Positions 53,369-64,000 of a DNA stretch of 64,000 bases are shown one piece after another; the first letter of the stretch is position 1, and each line of letters opens with the position of its first letter. This DNA comes from Lingula anatina (taxonomy: Eukaryota; Animalia; Brachiopoda), in NCBI GenBank assembly GCA_051362555.1, contig CM120649.1, forward strand, positions 5,270,001 to 5,334,000. Reading direction: 5' to 3'. Below the pieces are notes generated by a model. The model was not told where the DNA came from. It worked only from the letters and a program-made list of their open reading frames with translations, and did not search any database. A program made the translations under genes and the position numbers.

Positions 53369-54769
53369 CAAGAAACAGTTCAAATTCTCAAGTCGTGATG
53401 AACAAAACTGAATTAATAAGTGGGAAATTTGAAAAAAAAAAGGACAAATATTAACATATTCTAATTGAAATTGTTAAGGTTACCCGTTACGGAAAAAATG
53501 GGTCGACCATTTATGAAATGAAGGAAAGGAATCAATGGATACCGATTCGATATAGCAGTAAACTGTCGACATACAGGTCCTCGGACACCGGATAAAATGA
53601 TTTATAGAATTAAAAGCACATGGCGTAATTGCTACAGAGTATTAATCTGCAAGTACTGCATGAATGTTTTTATTCACGAAAAGATCTTCACCAGCAGTTC
53701 TGAGGTTGTCATTTGTGATATATCACATTATTTGAAGTAGGAGAAGTACCTGAACAAATGGGCACAAAATCTACGTAACAGTCAACAATTTAAAAACGTA
53801 TATTTATATACATATATAACAATTTATATTAAGCTTTCTGCCAAAAGGGGGTAGAGGGAACAATAAAAAAATTTGTTCTTTACCGATCCTAATTTAATAA
53901 AATGATCTCTTATGTTATGCTTGAATCTTATTGTGACACTTTGGCCACATTCACAACCAAGTTGGTCCAATGACTAACTAGACCGCATATCAAATATGGC
54001 GTGTACTTTACAGTGGATTCCTGCCTCCCATGCTTGCCGTTCCATATAAAATATATAGGGGAATAGCAATTGAATATTTGCTCGCTTTCACGTGGGTCAC
54101 ATCAAATTTGATCCATGGACTAGTTAGACTTCAGATCAACTGGTTCTGAAGGCACCCTCTGCCAAACCAGAAGAGGCTGAAAATGTTAATAAAACTTCTG
54201 AGCAGAATCAAGGTGAGGTAATATAAGAATCAGAAAAACTGCAAAAACTAAAAAAAAAAAAAAAAAAAAAAAAGAGGGACAACGCAGACCTCTGCCAAAG
54301 AGGCTCCATCCTCATTACTAACTGATTAATGGATTGATCTTCACCAAGATCTATCTGACATTTCTAATCGAAATTGAAAATTTTACTTAACTCCATTTGT
54401 ATCTTTTTTGGATAAAACTAACAAACCAAAGGAAGCAGAAACATCACTTTTTTGCAGGTGTGACCTGTCTTAATGCCTCTGAAAGCATCGTGTACCTCTT
54501 TACTAATCTAAACTAACCATGACTAAACTATGCAGTAATCTATATGTTTTGAAATTTAACTATATACAAGGACAACATATTAAGCTATAACTATGGTTGA
54601 AAAGAATGTACAATATGCCTGATATGATATTCGTCATACAAAACAACTTTTACATACAAATGCTTAAGAACTATAATCTTAAAATAATATCAACAGTTAA
54701 ATCCTAAATCTAAGTTCATAGGAAATATCATAAAAGAAGGTCATCTGGCACCATATTTATGATCTCTGA

Positions 54770-55100
54770 GACACATGGTATTCTCTATAAACAGTCTCCT
54801 AGGTTACTGTAACTATGGTCTTCCCTGTACAAACAGTCTCCTAGGTAACTGTAACTATGGTCTTCCATGTACAAACACAGTCTCCTAGGTAACTGTAACT
54901 ATGGTCTTCCATGTACAAACACAGTCTCCTAGGTAACTGTAACTATGGTCTTCCCTGTACAAACAGTCTCCTAGGTAACTGTAACTGTGGTCTTCCCTGT
55001 ACAAACAGTCTTTTAGGTAACTGTAATATGGTCTTCCCTGTACAAACAGTTTCCTAGGTAACTGTAACTAAGATCTTCCCTGTACAAACACAGTCTCCTG
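54770..55100. repeat. ~42-44-bp minisatellite (~7 units) overlapping the UBXN7 stop codon
   Basis: Unit CAGTCTCCTAGGTAACTGTAACTATGGTCTTCCCTGTACAAA(CA). The rightmost unit encodes ETVFVQGRS* on the minus strand. Confidence 0.9.
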
Positions 55101-58100
55101 AGGGAAAAGACCACACTGTTTCAATGTGTCGTCAAAGTCCATATGTGATATTTTCTTCTTAGGGTATGTTGTCACCATTTCATATCGCTCGTTTGGAAAG
55201 CCATGTTCTTCCACAAATAGCACCAGGGCCTAAAAAAGCACAATGAAAAATCAATTAGTTAATTAAAACAAAAAAGTTTAATAAATATTAAAATTATTAT
55301 TTATATCAAAGGAACACAGCCATGGTTCATTTCTGGTGATACATTTAAGAAATCCTTTGATTGTAAGTATTAGCCACTAATTCCAGTAGAACAAAATAAA
55401 ACAATGGAATAAGTGTGAAAGGCTGTGAAAAATGATTTGCCTATCAAATATTTCAAAATAGAGTAGACTCCAAGAAAACTTCTCTTCAATATGGACAATC
55501 ATGTACTACACTCAACCAGTAAAGCTCAAAAACATGAAATTGTTTTTTTAATAACTATGTAACCTAGTGGGAAAATTTTCAGTGTATAAAGAAGGTAATG
55601 AATTGTGGGTGCATTACCCAATAATATTTGGTTAAAATGTTTACCTTAGCTAATATGGTTAGTTTATAATTATTCAAAATAACGATGTTTTCAAACATTT
55701 TTTTGGTTGAGTGAAGATCTGCTTGGAAATGGAAAACTTACCCTGAGTTTAGATGAACAAGGAACCTCAAATGTCTCCCTTTTGTTTTCTGGAAACCTTA
55801 TAATTACTTTGGAAGGAGGGTCTGTGTCAGGCCCCAAGAAATCTTTCCATCTTTCAGGTTTACTACTCTGAGACTCTTTTATCTTTTTCTCTGCACTTCC
55901 AACAATATCCGAGGAACTTTTTCTTTTCCTGTTATCTGCTTCTCCAGACTGAGAGTCCTGTGTGTCTTTTACTTTCCCTTTCCTCACACTATTAACCCCA
56001 TTTGAGATTCCGTCCGGGTTTGAAGTGGTTTTGTCTTTTTTTGAACACTTTGTTTCCTCTTTCCCACTTTTTATCATGGGAGTTGAATCTTCAACGTCAG
56101 AGTCTGAGAAAGTTTCCAGTTCGGAGCCACTAAATTCCTGAGAATCTGAGTCTGAGTCTAATGTCACTGTTGATGGGCTGCTTTTGGTATTTTTGGATGG
56201 CCTGTCTTGATTAGACTTTAAAGATGCTTGGATAGCTGCTGCCATCTGGGAGTCTTCACTGGCATCAATGATGCTGTCCTGGAAACAGAAAAAAGGTATG
56301 ACTGTTAACACTCAACACTAAAATTAACAATCTGAAATTGAAATAACTGTCTTTTTTATTCTTGATGATGGACACATGAGGTAAAAATACTTAAAATAAG
56401 TGCACTGTAATTATTTGTAAATTTATTAAATTCATTCCTTGTATAATTAATAAATAAATTAATATAACCACAGTGCACAAAAGTTTAAAACTGCCTTTCA
56501 ATCTTATACTTTTTTAGCTTTTTATAAGATTAAGTAGCATATTATAAATGAAAAAAACAGTTATTGGACTTACACTGCGTTGGACTGTCTTGGCAGGAGA
56601 CGTGGCTGTACTGCCATCTGGAGATGGGTGGTGTGTCAGGAAATCTGTGACTGGAAAATGTATCAGCATGGTTTAAATACAAGCTGGCCCAAGCAGTCTG
56701 TAACATATCAATTATAATTCATTTATTCAATATTAGCCTTGGCCCCATGCCAAATGGCAAAAAAGTAAGTTATCTAAGTTTGTCCATGTACAGGCCATTT
56801 TTCTGCTTTGCATCAGTGGATTCTTAGACCCTGGTGTCTCAAAAGGCCAGAAAGCTACTCAAGGAAAATGGAAAACTTAATTTGTACTAATTTTCTTTGT
56901 GTTCCCCTGAACCACCCAGTTCCACATACCTATATCACAGAAGGAAACATGGTCCACTTTACTCCACACCACCATCTTCTCACCTTGAAAAAGGATTAAA
57001 AAAACTGCTTTTAGCAACCTTTTCATTAGTTTCCCATATTAACTGTAATGAGTCAACAAAATCACACAGTTTATATGCAACGTTAAAAGAAAACAAAAAT
57101 ATAAATAAAATAAAAATAACTAGGGGAATTAAGGGGAACTTTAAAAATAATTTGAGAAACTGTAAATAAGCAGAACGTAATATTTAAAAAAAAAAAATTA
57201 AATAAACTACCCCACTTATTTCAAAACTAAACAACTTCTTAAAATAGAAAAAAATCTAATACCTGTCTGAGGGTCTAAGATAGCAATATATGGCCACTTG
57301 TCCACTGGATAAAACCTGATAAACTTCTGCCCCTCTTCACTGTCATGGTATACCTTAAAAGATTTTTTAAGCTTAGTCATGAAAAACTGGGTTATCTGGG
57401 ATGAATCCCATTTGGGAGCTCAATCCATGATAACCTGACAAACAAGTCATTTCATGATGTTCTTTTTTGGATGATGTGTGTTCTAAATTTGAGTAATAAC
57501 TGATATGTAATTTTATGACAAATATCAGTAAGTCTAGAAAGGAAAGCCAACGGATCACTGATTCAATGTTACAAGACGGAACAGGCCCATCATCTACCAT
57601 ATCACCTTTCATGAAACACAAAGTCTTGTAAAGAGACATATCATGACAACCCTGCCAGTTTGTTATCAATCAAAACATGTGGCTTCCTCATTATAAATGT
57701 ATGTAACAAATACTTTCAGACCATGGTGTCATGTTGTCACGTCATGACCTACTTGTGTTCATGAAGCACCTGCTAATAAAACATTCATGACCTGCAAGTC
57801 ACACTTCTGTTTTCATGACCTCCCTGCCAGAACCTGAGTTCATGAAGCACCTGCTAATACAGTGCTCATAACATAAATAACTCTGTCTTCATGACCTACC
57901 TGCCAGAAAACGAAGTGTTCCTGTATGATAGTTTTCACAGCTGCATGACTCCACACATCTCTGTTTAGCGCCTGGCAGGAAAACTCTTGTACGTTCTGTA
58001 TGTTCACCATTAGCCACTTGTTACTGGTGCTGCCATATTCCTTGGCCTATTGCAACAAACATAAAACTTTGTAATGTAAGAAATATATATCTTTCATCTG

Positions 58101-61100
58101 TACATATTTACTGTACTGTTTGAGAACAGTAAGTGACACGGTTTTTCTTAAATGCTCATCATGGGAGCAGTGTCCAAAATAGATTTTTTTCAAATTTTGA
58201 TGCAATATTACATAATGTTTAACAGCATAATGACCATCAATTTTTAATAATAAAATATTAGCATCATGGATATTCAGAAAATGTGACTAGCAAAGGTCTT
58301 CAGGCCCATGGAACTTCAAAGTCACAACTTGAAAATGCCAAAATGTAAACAAGACAGCACTGTTCTGAAATGTTTTTTTTTTTTCATTTTTAACAATTTT
58401 TTAAACATAAAACAAAATTAACAGGTTACTGCCATTTTTATACGATCAACTAAGAAAATTGATGAGATGGGAAAAATATCAATACAACAGTGTTAAATGT
58501 CCAATTTCCTCCATTCTGAGATTCTGAACATAGTGAATGATTGAATCTGACAAACTGCAATGATATGAGTTTGTTTCCATTTTTGAAACTTTATTACACA
58601 ATACATGATAACAAGTTTACCATCAGTTTTACATAATCAACTAATAATATTGTAAAGATGCAGGAAATGTCAACCAAACACTTTTACATGCCTTATTAGT
58701 TAAACAATGAGACTGTTAACATGCCTAAGAATTGAATCTGAGGAAATGTGAAACAAGACAGCACTGTTCTGACATGGGTTTATTTCCATTTTTAACACTT
58801 TTTTAACATAAAACAAAATAAACAGTTTACTGCAATTTTTATATGATCAACTAAGATAATTGATGAGATGGGAAAAATATCAATAGAATAGTGTTAAATG
58901 TCCAATTTCCTCCATTCTGAGATTCTGAACATGGTGAATGATTGAATCTGACAAACTGCAATGATATGAGTTTATTTCCATTTTTGACACTTTATTACAC
59001 AATACACGATAACAAGTTTACCATCATTTTTACATAATCAACTAACAATGTTGTAAAGATGCAGGAAATGTCAAACAAACACTTTAATGTATCTTATTAG
59101 TAAAATAATAAGACTGTTAACATGCCTAAGAATTGAATCTGAGGAAATGTGAAAAAACAGCATAACTTCTAAAATAATGGCCCGATTATGCTGATTTTCG
59201 AACTCGACCTGCATTTTAGTAAGATTGACCACTCCTGTGAGTTTAATGGCTATTGGCCTATCGGTTTTTCTTATATTGTGTTTACAGTGTTGCACATATG
59301 CTGAAAAAAAGGAAAAAACAGCATAACTAGTAAAATAGTGGCCCGATCATGCCAATTTTCGAACTTGACCTGCGTTTTAGTAAGATTGATTACTCTTGTG
59401 AGTTTCATGACAACAGGCCTAACGGTTTTCCTTAAAATGTGTTTACAGGGTTACATATATGCTGAAAAGTGATAAAACAGCATAACTTCTACAATAATGG
59501 CCCGATCATGCTGATTTTCGAACTTGACCTGCGTTTTATGAATATTCATCAGCTCTGTAAATATAAAACCAAAAAATAAAACTGTGGTCCACTTATCGTG
59601 TTTACAGTGAAAGTGCACGGCGACGGCATTGCCATCGGCATCGGCATCGGCATCGGCGACGACAGACGCAGGTGATGGCAATATGTACAGACACATCTGT
59701 GTCTGTACATAATTAAATAAAAATAAATAAATTAAATAAAATAAATGGCTATCACAATAAACCAAAAATAACAAGGTTACTAGTACTCACAGCGTGGAAT
59801 GTTCCTTTGAAGACCAGATCAATAGGTGGACGGAAAAGATCTTCCAGAGTTTTTCTCTTACGCACCTTCCCCTCATCCTGCATTAGTTCTTGCTGCCCTA
59901 TACATCAGAACATCAACATACTAGAAAAGCACCCCGAGATGGGAGACCTCTGCTAAAGTGGCTCAGTTCTTTAAAGGTATAATAACTCTTTGTATGAGAT
60001 CTATATTTCACATTGTGAAGAACTCATAGAAATATAATATATTCTGTTTTATGACAAAAACAGCAGTTATAGCTATTATTCTGATATCTGAGCTCGTCTT
60101 CAGATCACATGACCTCCATTGATAGCTATACTCTGTTATAATCTCTTAAGAGATTTTAACAAAAAACCAAACTTTTTAGAAAAAAAAACAGGGACTAACT
60201 TTGAATGTAAAAATGGATTCACTGACTTTTGGTAAGTATGGGAAAATTGTTGTTTACTCCAGGAAAATTCATTTTTTTGCCCAAACGAAGAGTTATTATC
60301 CCTTTAAGATAATAGCTGCCACTAAGGTTAATAATTTTGGTTCTGTAATGTCAATTTCCTAATGCATCTCATGTCGTATTGCTCTATGAATTTAGATTTT
60401 AATAAATAAGTTTACAGATGTAAAAAGTAAAACATTAGAAGAAATGCATGCAGACATTCACACCTATAGGTGGCAGTACCATATACAGTATACTTACTGG
60501 CTTCTGCCTGAAAATCCCTGAATCCATCAAACACAGATCTTGTAGTTCTTCGACGTCCTCGGAAACCTGAAAAATCAGTGAGATCACATTTAGGATATTT
60601 TAACCATTTCACATTACATATCATGTAGGCTCTCTTATAATGTATTCTGGAAGTTTTTCTTCCGTAAAATGTTCATACATTTGAAATCTATACTTGAAAT
60701 CATGATAACAAATAAAATAGCTTGCTTTTCATAAACTGTTATTCTGTAATCTTTATTATAAAAGAGTAACACAAAAGAGGCCAATGTGCAAAAATTAAGA
60801 AGACAGATAGTGTTAATGCTTCCATCATAACACTTCCAAGTTTCTGGTTATTACCAAAGCTGTAGGATTCGTGCACAAGAACTTCATGCTTCTGTGGATC
60901 TGGTGCTCTGATGTCATCTCTGTAAAACACACCAAACATTGGTCATTAATAATATGAATGCACAGTCAACAATCTTGGGTTATTAATGTGCTAGTATAAG
61001 TAAAGAAATAATAATAATAATTATAATATTGGAGGAAAGGCTATTGTATTCAACAGCACATAAACAACTTTGTCTTGTCAAGCAAAATTTTTTACCTGAA

Positions 61101-62776
61101 CCAATTTAACAAAATAGTAAGGTGTGCAGAGAAAGGTGACCTTGGCAGCTAGACTATCTGATGAATAGGTTCTATATCTTGGGTTGACATTTCCATCAAA
61201 ATCAATTCTTAAAAACTTGTTTAAAGAAAAAAATCAGGAAAAAATACCCCTGCATTTCCAGTTCCCTTCACATATGAGTAAAATGTGACCATGAAATACA
61301 ATCTTACTATTTATGTACGATAATATTTGGATACTAGCTTCCATTATATAAGGAAGTAATATATTTAACATAATCTTAGTAATGTACCTCTATGTGTTAC
61401 ACAGCTGCAACAAGTGATGCAACTGCATCTTTGATTAGAGGATTGAGAGGCAATTCAAAACAACTTTCATACAATACAGCTATCATATATTATTATATGG
61501 TATAATTATACATAGTCAAACTGACAATATATGCATTCTTAATAGCAAACTATCATCACAGGTTACTTTCAAGCCAGATAAAATAGAGGGTTAAAAAATT
61601 CAATATACATTTGTCTTAATCATGTAAATATATTTTGTTTGAAATTGACAACTGGCACAAAGGAAAAAAGTGGTGTCATATGATAACTTACTCGTCATCT
61701 TGAATTGGTGCTGATGAGACTCGACTACTTGTGCCAGGTGTTGGTACCGGCTCCTCTTGTCCTGCAGCACCATCTATATGCATGCCAATGGCCATCTCTA
61801 AGTTGCCGTTACATGCTTCCAGTAATCGCTCTGCTACAACCTTGTCAGCACCTGCAAATATTTGATAGGGAACAGTTGCATCATTTATTGGTGGTTTTAA
61901 TTTCAAACAAGCCCTCCCTCTAAACTAGGATGACAAATTATAAAACGATATGGCTTCGTGGAAGTGCTGAAAAGCCTACTCATACAAATAAAATTGTGGA
62001 CACAATCAATTTGCAAAAAACGTCCTCTAGATAACTGTGCGTTTAGTAAAACTAGCACCGTAACAGCGATGCCTGGTTGTCATTAAGCTCTCAAACATGG
62101 ATTACTTTATGGGCCCTGTGGAATTTTTCTACCCAGATTATTTTGTGGAAGTCTACCATATATGGGTTAAGGCACTCTGCTATGTGGCAGTATGGGTGGT
62201 CTTTGTAAAGGGATCATTTAATTGCTGTTGCTGCTTCTATTTCATTTTTCAAATAATTCATGACACGAAGACAGTGGGTGCAGTTCATGAGCTTTAATGA
62301 TGAGTACAATTTTAAAGGAAAATGTATGTAAACCAATAACATTACAGGTTATATAAATATATGATTTATCTTAATTGAAAACTTCCGTAACTTCAATTGT
62401 TTGGTTGGATCTTCTTTAAATTTCAATTAAATATCTTATTTTTGTTGCTGTTTGGTAGTCTTATGTGGTCCAATATGGATCGTTTGAAGTAGTTTTTGAT
62501 TCACGAATCATCAACCGATAAACTTTACTAATCTTCACAACCTTCACTGACACTGGTCTTCACTTCAGCAAAGCTGTAAAAGACAACCAAGCGTGATTTT
62601 ACTGAACGCCCCTTTACACGGCATCGAATCGTTCTGTGGACTTTGTAACCGTACATAATTTCAGAATATATCACACTTACTGGAGAACCTAAGAACCTTG
62701 TCGCTAAACTCTAGCACTTACCTGTTATTGCAATAAATTGGTCTACTAGCGAATTTCCTCCCTCTCGAGTCGCCAT
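55068..62776 (-). CDS. UBXN7: UBX domain-containing protein 7 (UBA-like, UAS, UIM, UBX), ~507 aa, 11 exons
   Basis: Exons 62776-62722, 61851-61692, 60919-60855, 60566-60498, 59897-59791, 58046-57900, 57353-57263, 56983-56930, 56650-56574, 56278-55742, 55229-55068, 1524 nt open. Motifs LLEACNGNLEMAI, SVFDGFRDFQAE, LEDLFRPPIDL, KWLMVNIQNVQEFSCQALNRDVW, SEDSQMAAAIQASL, GLFPQETVFVQ. Confidence 0.95.
58150..59715 (-). mobile_element. Helentron/HINE-like non-autonomous element with internal tandem repeats, in a UBXN7 intron
   Basis: Reverse-complement homology to ~6840-7500 and ~10520-11060. One end has a hairpin ATGTACAGACACATCTGTGTCTGTACAT (~59683-59710), a (GGCATC)n microsatellite and an A/T-rich flank. 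Family assignment is inferred from structure only. Confidence 0.6.
59975..60303 (+). mobile_element. Kolobok-like MITE, third copy
   Basis: TTAA on both flanks, TIRs AGGTATAATAACTC and GAGTTATTATCCCT, body homologous to 11946-12283. Confidence 0.8.
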
Positions 62777-64000
62777 TTGTGTGGTGGGAAACGAAACCGA
62801 GGTTTTTAAATCTATTTCAAGCCTTCTCGTAATAAAGAGCTCTCCTAGCAGTCAGAAAGTCACTACTTCACTGAGCGTTTGGCGTATATATTCGTTAAAG
62901 GCTGTTTATATAGCAAAAAATGATTATCCCAGAAATTTCAACGCTTTTTCTTTTAAAACCAAGATGCACTTTATTCAAAATTATTTTAAAAATACGAACT
63001 AGAAAGATAACAGAACAAAATAGAGCTCAGTAGGCCTGCATGTAGGTCTAGTTTAGAATCATAAGTGAGTTTATAGATAAACTCTACATGAGACAAACAT
63101 CACCTACAAATGAATCATCAAGCACAGCACAATAAATTAAAACGCTTTTTTCCAATGGGGTCCTTCACGATTCAAGATGATAAGGTAAAGATGGTAAATA
63201 AATTTGGATCCAAAAGACGAGATAGATAAATAAAATTAAACCAATGATGTTATAAATGAGTGTAAAAATGATAAGCATTTAAAACAAATTTCATGCACAC
63301 ATTTAATAAAAACATTATTTTTTTCACCTATAAAGTGTGCCACAGAAAAAGAAAGAGAGAAAACTCCACTTAAAGTCTTTTAAATTATCCTTTTGTTTCA
63401 AATGTAGGCCTACACATAAAATCGCAGTTTTTCTATATTCCACTTAACGCCAGGAGGAAGCGTGTTAATCTGATTGAATTCAGCCAGTTTCTGTGGAGTT
63501 GGGTCGATCTACGTAGAAAGATAGTTGCGTTGGGAATTGGTATTTAGACTATGATTATGATATATATAGATTATGATGATTGCAAATGTTGCATGTTTCG
63601 CTGTCATCTGTGGGTCACATCGTTGACCGGGGGGAGGGGGGGGGGGGAAGGGGGGATTGGGGGGGATGGGGGGGGGGATTGGGGGATGATTGGGGGGGGG
63701 GGAATTTTACCTTTTTCATATAACTGAAAGTGGCTTCCTATACTGAAACAGCACAAATGGCATCTTTCGGTTTTACTTATTTGGATATTTTTCCACTTAA
63801 AATATTAAGTATGGCAATGCCATAGAATGGCACGTATAAAGGACAAGTTACAGGATCCTGAATCACAGGGGATTCTCATACAGAAAAACATATTACTCGG
63901 CCTATCCTTATCTTAAGGGTCCCCAACAAATAAAATCTTGCGTAATCCGGAAATTGTTATTGATTTTCAGACTGAAACCTTAGAACCAGTGTGTGACAAA

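Noticed and set aside
63620-63705. G-rich tract with G-quadruplex potential
   Set aside because: Low-complexity poly-G runs occur elsewhere in this window and are error-prone, and there is no linked feature.

Overview
This is AT-rich, intron-rich animal genomic DNA from a marine invertebrate, most likely a mollusc or other lophotrochozoan (inferred from gene content and repeat types). Most ORFs in the supplied track are spurious, and the real genes had to be rebuilt exon by exon from GT-AG junctions with consistent phases. The left ~39 kb holds a tandem segmental duplication (copy A ~1-23050, copy B ~26210-39370). Each copy carries three unannotated secreted-protein genes: a 6-Cys beta-defensin-like peptide (+), an 87-aa prepropeptide with KR and RRRR processing sites (-), and an 8-exon ~695-aa orphan secreted protein (-). 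A single-exon Gly-rich secreted protein lies between the copies. The paralogues differ in opposite ways: the defensin-like exon shows 8 amino-acid changes and 1 silent change, while the prepropeptide exon 2 shows 7 silent changes and none at the amino-acid level. Further right are a 9-exon secreted HExxH zinc-metallopeptidase with a (GGGT)13 linker and two ShK domains (a dead Tc1 element sits in one intron), a CD38/BST1-family ADP-ribosyl cyclase with a 1-nt frameshift and an atypical active-site motif, and UBXN7. Comparing the two copies gives filled and empty sites that define several transposon insertions and their target duplications.
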